From positions 868,001-932,000 of the forward strand of contig OY253670.1 in NCBI GenBank assembly GCA_958009085.1: a stretch of DNA of 64,000 nt, read 5' to 3'. Made by a program: the position numbers and the translations under genes. The stretch comes from Protoeuglena noctilucae (Eukaryota). The notes under the pieces are model-generated. The model made no database searches, was not told the origin of the DNA, and saw nothing but the letters and a program-made list of their open reading frames with translations. Below, piece by piece: positions 1-11,935 of this stretch (the first letter of the stretch is position 1; every line of letters starts with the position of its first letter).

Positions 1-1100
1 ACTGGCCCTCAGCACGCATCTGGCAAGCCCCGAGGTTGGACTCCTGTGGGCACTTCAAGTCATCGCCGTGTCTGGCGCGGTGATCGCTGTCAAGGTCATG
101 GTGAGCGAGGTCTCACATGCGGTCTCACAATGTCGGTGTTGTGATTGCCAGGGCCGCCCACCACACGCGCCCGAGATTGTTCAATGTTCGCAGAGTGGTG
201 GTGGTGCTGGCACTCAGTCATCAAGCGGCCGCTCTACTAGACAACCGCTGCTGGCGCATGTGACATTCCTCGTCTGCAATGTCCTGTGCGCCTGTCTCGT
301 GGGGTTGTTCTTCCTTAACTGGGGGCTGGCATGGGCGGCGGGGGTATGCCTGGCAACCACCGCTGCGTGCGTGGCGCTGCCTCGGGAACCCAGTCCGTGG
401 TCCGACACTCGGGCGGCGCTGGCGGAGTTCCTGCCGAGAGCGAAGTCAGGGCGTGGGCTGCCAGGCTCAGTTGCACATCGTGCGGTGGCGTGGGTGAGGA
501 GTCGCCTGGGGGTGTTCAGTCACATCTCTGGAAGGGGCGACTCGCAGGGAGAGGGCGGTGGTAAGGAGGCGGACGGTAGTGCGGCAGAGCGCACGGAGAG
601 GGGCGGGGAAGGCGACACGGGTTGCAGCGACAGTGGACCTGGGGCCAGGGTCGGGGATGAGTCGACGGACGTGGGGTCAGAGGGCCCGGAGCAGCGACCG
701 GCATGCCACATGCAGCCGGGAGCGTCGTCTCAGCAAGTCGGGGAAGGGACAGACCGACGGCGGAGGACCTGGCGACGATTGCTTCGGGGGGTGGCGGCCG
801 TGGCTGTGCCGGCGCTGTGCTCTCCTGCGGTGAGGGGCAGAAGTCACTGGCACGCTCGCTCAAATGGGTGGCGTGGTATGAGGGAGATCGCCCCGACTGC
901 AAGTGATAACGCTCCTGCTCTGCCCGCAGAGCTTGCTGTGCGCCCTTACGGTCCTGTCGCCTGCTTCGTGCGGCCCAGCGGAGCTGATGCTGGGGTCCGC
1001 GGCTACCGGGGGCGCATTGGCGCCCGCGCTCCTGGGCGTCATGCTGCCAGGGTGGTCTTTGCTAGCTGCCTGCGCTTTCGTCGCTTCGGAGGTTGAATGA
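1..1100 (+). CDS. 3' part of a multi-pass membrane protein, probably GPI transamidase subunit GAA1 (5' end outside window)
   Basis: Spliced frame (GT-AG introns at ~101-193 and ~830-929) gives hydrophobic helices 'LFFLNWGLAWAAGVCL' and C-terminal 'LLGVMLPGWSLLAAC'. These resemble the plant GAA1 'SVINFATA..' and 'MVHLPCWLL' segments. TGA at 1098-1100. Confidence 0.45.
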
Positions 1101-1298
1101 CTGGCAGAGACTGGCAGGTCCTGCGCCAGCGAGTTCGTATGCCCCGCCGGCGCTCATTCTCAAGCCTCAATCTGAGCAGTATGTTGTGTACTCGTTGCTG
1201 CTGATCGGAAACTGTGCTCCAGCACATCCCGCAGCGTATCGATAAGGCAATACCGCGAGTCCCGCGGCATCACCTCTGTTTCACTTGGATGGGCTGAC

Positions 1299-4200
1299 AT
1301 GAGAGCGCTCCGCAGGCTTGTTTCAGCTGCCGCCTCGGCACTAGAATCCGAACGGCTGGCCTCATCGTCCTCATCGGCTGTGTCGACATCGGGATCGGGC
1401 GCGGGCGCAGGTGACGTTCTGCGCGGACTCGTCCCCGCCCTCTCGACTCTCGGGGGCCTCTTCGCGCCATCCTGAACGCATCGCCCGACTCCTTGCTTCG
1501 TGATGATTGCGCAGCGATATGGTACGTGTCAAGGAGGCTCGCGTCGACGACGTTCTGGCCAGCGTCCAGGCATCGCGACCCTCTGCGAGGAGCTGCAGCG
1601 GCCTCTGCCGCAATGTGCGTGCACCCCTCGTCTGTGAGATTCAAGTCTGGTGTGCCGGAAGCGGACGCAAGAGGCCAAACGCCGACGAGCGCTTCCCATC
1701 CCACGCCCGTGGCTGGAGGCAGTCCCAGGTGCCGCCGCTACGCGATGGGAAGCCGGCTGTATCCCCGCGCCTTCATGTTTACCTCTTAGAGCTACGTTAG
1801 CGCCCACTTGCAGACCCGGTCCATTGTCGAAGCCCAAGGACGGCATGGCAGAAGCGTATGCGCGTCTGGCCAACATGGATTGGGTCGAGGGCTCCTCGAT
1901 GGGAGGGCTGCACAGGGACGTGCCCGGAGGCGCTTTGCAGAGCGACAAGGAACGGGGCGCGTTCATCGACACTTACCTCCAGGTGCGTGGGCCTGCGAGC
2001 GGCAAGCCACCTTCCCAGCTGTGCAGGCGTCCCATGCTGGACCCGCTTGCAACCTTCTGCCCCGCAGAAGCAACCGTGGACGGCGGAGGAGCTGGCTGTC
2101 CCGACCACGAGTCACTTCCAGATCTCTGGCGAGTGGGGAGGTCCGTGCGTCATTGATGTGCGCCATCCCTGACTTGCCGCCCATGACATGCATCCGCGCC
2201 CCGTCTCCGCAGCGCACTACATCGGCAGCGTGCTTAAGCTCGTCGACAAAAAGGAGGTTCTGTTCACCATTTCAGAGGCGTTGCCGCGCATCGACGGTGA
2301 GCGCCGTGCTGACGCACACCCGGGTGCGGCTGCCCGGGGTTCGCGCTGAGCATCGCCTCCGCCGCCTTCGCAGTGCGGGAGAAAGTGAGCCGCAGGGGTG
2401 GCTCCGGGGGCAGCATCTTGCTCTATGCCAGCCACGACGACGGGACCCCTCACGACGCTCCGGCTGAGCCCGTGGCCCATGGATACCGGGGCTCGATTGA
2501 CGAAGCGTTCCAGAGTCCAGGCGTCATGCCCAGGTGAGGGCGCCGTCGACTGACCCACTTGTTTGTTGGGCGAAGGCTGCATGACCCACCTTGTTGCATC
2601 GTGGCCCATCGCGCTTGATGCCTGGGACCTTGGGGCGCGTGAGACGGTCTCTGCGTGACGCGCAGGGGTGTCGTCGTTTTCGACTTCGGGGCCGTCGTCA
2701 TGGTGGGGCTGAAGAAGGACACGGAGCACGAAATCGTCGACACGTTGACCAGGTAAGAGGTCGCGCCCGCCAACCTGGCATCAGTAGCCACGCCGGTGTT
2801 GGCATAGCCCTGGGAGACCGGAGATGGTCTTTCTGACTAATTATCCGTTCATTCTCAGGCTGGGGAACGAGGCCGCGGACGCCATCAAGATCCGGGAGGG
2901 CGAGCTGGCGCTGGGGCGCGTGCGAGGCGCACCCGGGCACCTCGCGGCAGAGACAGAGGACTTCGTCGGTGAGTGGTCACTGGGGATCGAGCAGTGACAG
3001 CCGCGAGGTGCCGAGCGTGACTTGATCCCTTCCCACGCCAGGCCAGGCGACGGGTCCTGTGGTTCAACCGGGCTCCCTCCGGCAAGCGGCCTTTCTCAAC
3101 CAACCAATTGCGCCGCACTTCCTCGCAGTGGACATCCGGCCGGCGCAGCACACTTTCTCCATGCTCAAGGGCAACACGCTGCGGCTGCAGACCATGGATG
3201 TGGACTCGGTCCGAGTGGTGGCCACCGCATTGGCACAGGTGCGCGCCAATGCCCATGACAGATGTCCATGACAGATGCCTTGGTGACTTGAAAGCGAGGC
3301 ACACGTCGCCTTCGTGCTTCTACAAAGCTTTGTAAGGTTCTCACACGCTCCTTTGGCTCAGCAGAGCGTGGCTATGGACCATTATGCGCGTCTGATCGAC
3401 AACATGATGGTGGAGTTCGAGCGGCTGTCCATACGGCTGCAGGCTGCGGGCGGCAAGTTCAACATTCCCAAGAAGAAGCTTTTCACATTGGTGAGCGGCT
3501 GCTGTGCACAAGGGCATTGAACTGGCGTGCACAGCGACCGAGCGCATGACTGCCGGCTGACCGTTCTAGATTCTCTGCAAGGACTTGGCCACCACAGGTC
3601 GCCGAGACGAATCTTGCTATGATTGACGTCGTGAGGAACATTGGCCTGATGGAGAGGTCCGAGGTGAGGGGCTGCGAGGGCATGTGCGCGGCCTGTGTGG
3701 CGCATGCAGTTGATTGTGCGGTACCGAGCGTCGCAAGCTCGGCTCGCTATCGTCTGACCGGCCCTCCCTCGCAGCCTGCTTGGAGGGAAGAGCGCTACGA
3801 CCACCTGTGGGAGGCAGTGCGCAAGGATCTGGAACTCATTGACCGGTGACCATTGACAGGCATAGACCCCGTGCGCCTTGTCTACGGCCCATCGAGGCAC
3901 TCCACTTTGCGTACCCGTGCATAAGCGAGCGTGGACAGCACCAGGCCCACAAGCGCACCGGGATGCGGCGCGGCCTGCACGCCCCGACACGTGCTGCCCT
4001 CGTGCTGTCTCCAGGTTTACCACGCTGAAGCTCAAGGTCCAGATGATCCAGGACTCGTCCAAGGTGTACCTGGACATTCTGAACAACAAGCGATCCGACA
4101 TGCTGGAGGTCATTATCGTGGTCCTCATCGCGCTCGAGACCGTCGTCATGCTCTTGCAGATCGGCGTCGACTCCGGGGCCATCGGTGAGCCGCGGGACCT

Positions 4201-4498
4201 CGTCTGCTCTCCGATGTCGGAGCCACGCGTCCCCAGTCGCGCTCAGCGACCGTCGCTGCCGTCGTGCACCGCCCTCCGCCGCAGCTTCAGAGTTCACTAT
4301 AAATACGGCGTTACACCCCCTTTGCGTTTGCTACCCGCCGCAGCTTCCGATTTCATCAAGCACCCCGGCCAGAGCCTCCTCCGCGGCATCCTCATCCCCG
4401 CATATGAGGCCATTCGCGGACGGCCCATCGAGCCGGGGTCTTTCCTCTGGGTCCTAAAGACCGACTGGGACGCGTTGGAAGGCGAAGAGGAAGACTAG
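1299..4498 (+). CDS. RMND1/Rmd1 (DUF155) family protein, probably mitochondrial, about 11 introns
   Basis: Arg/Ser/Ala-rich N-terminus MRALRRLVSAAAS. DUF155 motifs VVVFDFGAVV, ALAQSVAMDHY, LMERSEPAWREERYDHLWEAVRKDLEL and LNNKRSDMLEVIIVVLIALE. Exons join in frame. Confidence 0.85.
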
Positions 4499-4670
4499 AC
4501 TGGGGCCGCACCGGCGACCATGCTTGTGCCTGGTAGCCACTGCGCTCTTCACACGCCGTGCTGCGATGCACGCGGCTGTTCGTCCACAGCCCGCAGCTGG
4601 CCTCCTATGCCCTGATGCTCCGCCCGGTGCTTCTCAAGCACGCATTGCCCCGTGTTGTCAGCACGTTTCG

Positions 4671-6902
4671 TCACTGGAGGTGGTCGTCTAGCCACGCCGC
4701 CCGTCTGTGGAAGAAGTCCACCAGGGCGTCGATCTCGGCCTCCCAGGAGCCCAGGTACGGGCGCAGGGGGATCTGGAGGCCGACTGCGGGTGCTCAGGAC
4801 CCGATACGGTCAGATACACGGGAAGAGCGTTGACAGAGCGCAGGCGTCGGGATGTGCGCCATTCGTGGTAACATGCTGCACAGCCCAGAGGTCCCTGGCA
4901 GCTCGCCTGACTGGCTCGTGGATGTCGCCGGATTCCAACGTGCTGCGTTGCGGTCCACGGGCCCTCCGCTCAAGGGCTTCACCTCAGCCCGCACCGCAGC
5001 CTCCAGCGCTGGGAGGAGGAGGGAGACGACATGTGCTGTGAGCCGCACCAGTAGACAAACCAAGTTGCACTTAACGGTGTGCATCACGCTTCAGACCCTT
5101 CTGCCACACGTCAGGCCGCCAGTCTGACTCCCGCATCGCCCTGTGTCGCTGGCATCGGTGACACTCACCGGCGTTGGACCAGGCCCCACGACGGAGCGCG
5201 ATCCATCGGTCGCGGGTGCGGGCGCGGAAGTCGGGGACTTTCCAGAGCAACTGAAGCCACTGCGCGATCGTGCTGCGCCCGACGCAAGTGGGGTCGAGGA
5301 ACCGCAGCTTGGCGACCCCAGGGGACCCCGGCGTCCCCAGGTCCATCCCGCAGCAGATATTGAAGTCCCACACGGCGCCCATCACCAGCGGGCCACCTGA
5401 GACCAATGTTCAGATATCAATCTGTCATAGGCTGGCCGAGTCAACAGAGGTGTTTCTGAACCGGCCTCGGAGGATGTGACACGTGACGTCACCTCGCTCG
5501 CGGTGGGCGTAGACGCTGGTCATGTAGGCGTCTGGGTTGGAGACCAACTCCTCGACGAGGACGTAGTCGATCATGGTGTCGACGTCCAGGACGTGATGGA
5601 GGCTGTCCAGGCCCCGACAAGCTGCTGGGCCAGAGAAGGCGGTGACGTCAGGGGTGGCACTGGCGCCTGCATTTGGGGTGCTTGAAGAACCAGAAAACCC
5701 CGTTCCCGGGCACAGACTGCGGATGCTGCGGTCGAGGTCGAGCAGCCACCCATGGAGGTCAGCCAGGCTGGCGGAGGAGACGTCCTTCTTGCCGGGGTAC
5801 TTTACGATGAAGTTGCTGGGCCCCACCGAGACGGCCGGCCCGTCATCCTCATCACGCGAGTCCAGGAGACCCTGTCCTGCGTCCCATGACAGGTGCATGC
5901 GAAGACTCGCCATTTCAAGCACAGGTGCTGACAGACGCAAGAGATTGTCCAGGCCGCTGGAAATGCCCACCTGCCAGGTACTTTGCCCACGCCGCATCAC
6001 TCTCTGCCGCGCTGATCTCAAAAATCGTTCCCTGGGCGCCTGCAGGCGCACCCGACTTGGAGGAGTGGCACTAAGGCAGCAGCATGCGACTGGCAGGGCC
6101 GACATCCACATCTAAAGACACTCACCGACATTCACCCTGTCCTTTCCCCTCTCAATCTTCTCCATGAGCACGTACACGCCTTCGTACGCCGCGGCCCCCA
6201 GCAGGGCCGTGGTCAGGTCCCCAGACCCGACGTAGAGCTCGAGGAATGACGTGCGGGGCGCCCAGTGCCCGGTCTCGCGAGCGAGCCGGAAGGTGACGGC
6301 GTTGCGGACGAGGCTGGTGTCCAGGAATGGGCCATTGAGTGCCCACGAGGAGCCCGGGGGCTGCCCAAGGAGGCTGACCTCAGTGGCCGACGCCTGCGCC
6401 GACCGCAAATCGCAACGATAATGTCTTGCTGGGCGCAACAGACAGACAGGGATCGGGCAACGTCAGCGCCTCACCCAGTCATGGTCTTTCGTGTGCACGG
6501 ACCACTGGTGTTTCGGGAAGAGGCGGGAGGACCGCCCTCGGTAGTGGACCGTGACTGGCTGCTTGTCCTGCACGGCGCCGCCGCGTTGACACTGGGTGGA
6601 GACGAGAGTAATGACGGTTGACTATCGATGTGGTAGGGGCTCGGTGTCGGTGAGCTGGCTTGTGCGACGCAGCGGGGGCCAACAGTGTTTTCATTCAGCT
6701 CCCAGTGGTGCTGCTGTCCCCGAGGTCGCCGCCTTACCACTAGCCAGCCGTTCTCGTCCGTAGAGGGCTTCATTTTAGTCGTTGTGACGAGCGCCGCGAC
6801 CGTGATGGGGCTGGATAGCGCGAGGAAGGGCGTGGTGGGGGCTCCAGAGATGCAGCGCGCGAGCAGGGCAATTGCCCACAGAAGCGCCAGGAGAGTCATC
6901 AT
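4671..6902 (-). CDS. Secreted CotH-family (spore coat protein H-like) atypical kinase
   Basis: Signal peptide MMTLLALLWAIALLARCISG. CotH-like motifs FPKHQWSV, WALNGPFLDTSLVRNAVTFRL..GHWAPRTSF, YEGVYVLMEKIER, IDYVLVEELVSNPDAY, GAVWDFN and C-terminal EIDALVDFFHRRAAWLD. TGA at 4671-4673. Confidence 0.85.
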
Positions 6903-7306
6903 TTGCGGCGTCGGCGTGGAAATCAATGTGCGGTAGCGGGGCGCGTCCTCAAGTCTAAGCCCCTTAATTCGCTGGGGATGCCACGCAATGCCAAGGGGGT
7001 GGTCTCTCTCGTGCAGCAAGCGTATGGCCCCAGGAGTCCAGACACAAGATCAAAAGCCGTTTCAGCATGGACTCTAAGCTTCGAAGGAATGGTAGGAAGG
7101 TCCCGGGAAAACTCAAGATGTTTCCTACACCCGCAACGCACGATTTGCAGCCCTGCCGCTGATTTCAACATCATATCCTGTAGCACGCTGTGTACATTGT
7201 CCCTCTGGTTGCGTCTAGGTGCCTCCAGGTCAACGCGGGGAGGTTTGCGCCGTGAAATAACGGAGGGCAGCACAAGGAGGACTAGGGTGGACAGCCGACG
7301 TATCTG

Positions 7307-8837
7307 ATGGGCAAGCCCGCCAAGCCCAAGAACAAGGACAAAAAGGACAAGTCATCGGGGAGGAAGGCTGCGTCGTCAAAGACTGCGCAGGGGTCGAAGG
7401 GGACGGATGAGTGGCGGCCCAAGAATTTGGAAGACCAGCTGCACCTCCTGGGCCTCTGGGTGCGCGAGGTCGCAGCTGACGGCAATTGCTTCTTCCGGGC
7501 CGTGGTGAGAGCGTGGCTGCGTGCGACGGCGGGCTGCCAGACGCTGCCTGTTCATTCGAACACACGAACACGCATCGACGACGCTTCTGCTTTCAGGCGG
7601 ACCAGGTCTTTGGGCCGGGTTCTTCACACAAGGACGCTAGGGACAAGGTCTGCGATCAGATAGTCGCCAACCGAGAGTTTTACACAGCTTTTGTGGAGGA
7701 CGAGGAGGGCTTTGACAAGTACGTCAAGCGCATGCGCAAGGATGGGCAGGTGAGTCTGGCATCTGCGTGACGGCAAAGGTTGGATCGAGCACGCCCATGC
7801 CGCTCTCTGGCTCACTGCCTCTCTCTGGCTCCTGCGCAGTGGGCTGGCCACATGGAGGTGCAAGCGGCTTCGGAGGCCTTTGGGGTGAACATCACGATCC
7901 ATCAGCTTCATCAGCCGCCGTGGGTCGTGAAGAACTTCCCCGACTCCGCGCGCACCATCCACCTGTCCTTTCACGATGGCGAGCACTACAACAGCGTCCG
8001 GCAGGAGGGCGACGAGGGCACGGGGCCCGCCGAGTTTACGGGGCCCTTAGCGCAGCGCGCCGCCAAGGCCGACTTCACGGACGCGGACGTCGAGCGCGTG
8101 TGCATGTGCACGGGGTGCTGGGACCGGGACCGCGTCCGCAGCGCACTCGCTCGCGGTGAGGAGCAGCATATGAGCAGCTGCCTTGCTGTGGGTCGGGCGT
8201 GACTTGGCTGTGGGCCGGGGTGCTGTGGACCCTCCATGGCACCACCCTCGCCGTGCCGCAGCGGAGGGCGACGTGGACGCGGCGGTGGAGGCGTTGGTTG
8301 AAGAGATGTCTCGCGCAAGACAAGCGGACGCGGGGCAAGCGTTTTCGTCAAGAGAGCAAGGGTCCCCTGACACGCCTAACACGGCGCCCGTCGACAGGGC
8401 CGACGATGCAGCGGAACCTTCACGAGACGCCTGGCCGACCTCGGACTCGGGAAGGGTCGATGAGGCAGCCGCGGCCAATGGCGTGCCCAGTCAAGACGGG
8501 CAGCGCGGGCCAGAGGGGAATGGGGCCCCACAGCGGGCGAAGCGCGCGGGGCCAAGTGACCGGGGCCCCTTCCCAAATAGGCCGTGCCCCTGCGGCAGCA
8601 AGAAGAAGTACAAGCAGTGTTGTGGGGCAGCAGGTGCGAGCAGCTGGCCATTGACACACGACTGCCTCTAGCTTCGGTCCCTGCATTGTCACAGCGCTGT
8701 CGGATAGCACCTGCCATGTTTCACCCTCGTGCGCAGCCAAGGCAGCGGAGAGGAGGAGAAAGGGCGTTGTCGAATCGGCGCCGGATGAGGACGTGAAGAA
8801 GGCAGTGCTCGAAGCGCTAAAGGTGGGGCACATTTGA
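7307..8837 (+). CDS. OTU-domain deubiquitinase with C-terminal SEC-C motif (OTUD3 / plant OTU7-like)
   Basis: ADGNCFFRAV catalytic Cys loop, WAGHME, IHLSFHDGEHYNSVR His loop, SEC-C motif PNRPCPCGSKKKYKQCC. Confidence 0.9.
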
Positions 8838-8932
8838 CGAGGCCACCTTGCTTTGCCGTTTGGTCGGTACGTGCTGTGTGCCGTCAGAATGTTTGAATTG
8901 AGATAACGATGCGCTGCGTCGCGCGTCAGGAC

Positions 8933-11652
8933 ATGTTTGCGCAATTGCCTCCGCCAGCAGAGGTAGAGGACGTGTGTGCAGACCTCGCATGTCATGGAAA
9001 GGGAGAAACATTGTGCGCTTTCGTCAGCATCTCTCGCAATCAGGTGGGCGCCAGCACCTGGCGGTCATCTGGCGGTGGAATCATATCGGGTCTGAGGACG
9101 GTCAGTTGTCCCTGGAAGCCGGGGAGGCGACGCTGCGTGCGGCCTGGCGGGGCTCGCTGGACAGAGGCTCGGAATTCTGCGCGATGTGGACGGGAGAACC
9201 GATGCGCTGCCTCACATTGTCGCAGTTCTCTTCGCGACGCTATCAGAGCCTGCATCGGCCCCTTGGGCCTCGACGTGCTCGTGAAAGACGAGGTGGGAAC
9301 TTCCCTCATCACCAACTCTGGTACGAGCGTTCTGCGGGCGCTTCCGGTGCACCACGGAATCGCGCGACTTTGTCTCGACGCCACGCTGAGGCGAGTCGCT
9401 GCGCCGTCCTGGAGCCTCGGCGCAAGAACCGTCCACGTCATGGCCCTGCCACCACGCGACCTGCTGCACGCAGGCATGTGGCGCGCCACGGCGACGGCGG
9501 TTCTTCCCTGTTGATAGCCATCGCGGAGGGCGTGCGCCTGGTGGACCGCGGCACGAGCGGGCCCCATGAGCGACGCTGGACGGTGCAGGCCCTGCAGAGG
9601 GCCCTGCACGACGTCATTCCGAGCCTCCTGGACAGCTTCTTCCGTGACGCGTCCGTAACCATTTCCCTCAGCAAAGAGCGCCACACCGCGCCTTGCGGGG
9701 ACCCTGTCCTGCAGGTGCGTGGGCTGCTTGGCCGCTGGTGGCGCAGGTGCTGGCACAGATTTGTGACGACTGCCCGCGATCGCTGGGTCGCAGGCCCTCG
9801 TCCTCACGTCGCTCGCTGGCAAGTTCGGGCCCACGACGCCCATTCACCTCACCAATCTCCTCGTGGACATCGTGCAGCGGGCATGGACCGCCCGCCAAGC
9901 GACCCTTGAGGATGCCATCCGGGGTTTGCTGCAGCGCCCCCCCTGGACGATCCTCCCCGGGGGTTCAGGTGCGCCAGACTGACCGCAGAGCAACTGCAGT
10001 CCTTACCAACGAGACATAAGCAGGGACGCCCTCACTCCGACCACGCAGTCACGTCGTCGCGAGTGGTCGCGGGCGTTGTGCTGGAAGCCTCGCTGCCGGC
10101 GGCGCTCACGGCGCGCCTGCAGGCGGAGTCGCTGTGCAATGGGAAGGTACTGGCTTTGGACGCGGGTCTGGACGACAGCGACGTCGTGTTTGGGGCTGGG
10201 ACCCGCGCGTCCATCGCCGCCGCGACCCCGGAGGTTGCACGGGCGACGCTGGCGGAGGGACAGCGCAGCGTCGCGCGCCGCTTGACGCTGCTCCGCGCGA
10301 GGGGCGTCCGTGTCGTCGTTTCGACCGCCCCGGAGTCCGAGCTGGTGGCCGGCATGGGAGCGGAAGCAGGGGTGCTTGTGCTTCCCGGCGTGCAGCCGCA
10401 TGATCTGGAGAGGGTCGCCAGCGAGACGGGGGCCGGTGTGTGTGCGTCCAATCAGCTGACCGACCTCGCTGAGGCCACCCTTGGCACTGGCGGAACAGGC
10501 GAGCTGGCCGGGCTGGGTCTAAGTTCGTATGTGCACTTGCCGTCTTGAGGTCTGGCTGTGAGGCGAGGTATCCCGTCTCGCTCACTGGCGCAGTGCGTTT
10601 CTTGCGACTTGGTGGTCGCCTGGGCGTCCACCTGTCAGGGCCGGCGTCCTCCGAGTTCAGTGTGCTCTTGCAAGCGCCGACACAGGCGCTGGGGAGGCAG
10701 TGGGTGGCTGGCATGGTGAGCGCGTGGGCGGCGCTGACGACCCCTTTCCCGCTGACGGCAGCCACGCAGATACCTGTCCCTAACTGTCGCTGGCCTGCAG
10801 GTGCGCTCGCTGCGCGTGCTGTCCTCGGCGTGTGACGCGGGAACGGCCGACGCAGTGCGTGTGGTGCCCGGCGCAGCAGCGATGCATGCGCTGGCTGCGG
10901 ATGCGCTGGAGCAGGCGGCGACAGGGGGCGCCGTGGCCAGAGAGGGCGGCTTGCCGGCCAAGGCGTCTGGTTTCGATCACAACAGACCGACCTCTCCCTG
11001 CCACGAGCGGTCATCATCGCCCTTTGCCCATGATCCCACCATGTCACAGGCGCTGCGATGGGCGGCGAGGGCCCTCCGCGCCGTCCCCTCAGCCCTCCAT
11101 GCGTCCGCAGTCGCGAGTCTCCCAGCCAAGTCCCTTCCCGTGAGGCTGGTGGAGGGCAAGCTGGTGCATACTGGCGCTGACGTGGCGCCGCAGGGACCAG
11201 CCAGCCTCATCGGTCATCCCTCTTGCTGCGCGTGCCCGTACGTGCGCCCGCGGAGCATGGTCGTCCCGGCGTTGTCTCCCAATGCCTCATGCGCCTGTGC
11301 AGCACTGGAGATCGAGCGTTGCCGGCACGAACCGGGGTGCAGTGCGCAGCGGGATACCCGCGGAGGCTGTGAGGGGGCATCCACAGCCACTGATGCGCAT
11401 CGCGAGGGCAGGTTTGATTTCAAGGGCCTGCTCGCCGACCCAATGGCGTGGGGCGTGGTGGAGCCAGCGAGCGCCGTGCGAGCCCAGCTAGAGGCCGCCC
11501 TGTCCGTCGCGGTGCAAGCGTGCCGCGTGGACGCCGTCCTTCCGGCACGGGCCAGGCCGGGCATGCGCTTGGGCCCAGACTATGCACCACGTGTGCGCCG
11601 AGGCGGGGGGCATCGTGACCCAGAGGACAGGGATAGTTCCGAATCTGACTGA
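8933..11652 (+). CDS. BBS10: Chaperonin-like Bardet-Biedl syndrome protein, BBS10-like (divergent CCT/TCP-1 fold); first exon uncertain
   Basis: IRACIGPLGLDVL..LITNSGTSVLRALPVHHGIARLCLDATLRHVARHGDGG lines up with the recalled BBS10 N-terminus (SCCVGPEGRQVL..LLEALHLEHPIARMIV..TGDGA). Also SSRVVAGVVL, SVLLQAPTQAL, VVPGAA and C-terminal GVVEPAS..CRVDAVL. The canonical CCT GDGTT motif is absent. Confidence 0.7.
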
Positions 11653-11935
11653 CGTCTAGGGTTTGAAAGAGTATGCCGGCGACATTACTACGTACGTACT
11701 GCAGCGGCGCAGAGCTGCAGTACAGCGCTCGGCGTTCACGTGGGCGTCCGCAAACGGGGCCTGCGAGGTGCAAGGTGCCTTCGCCAGGCCAGGAACAGCA
11801 ACGGCATCAGCAGGCTGCATGCCGAAATGCGTTGGAAGCGGGACGCGCTGCTATCTGCGCACAGGGAAAAACCGCCAACGGCCACGACACGGAGCACGGG
11901 AATCAAAAGCTCCTCCTCCTCTCAAACGCTGGCCT

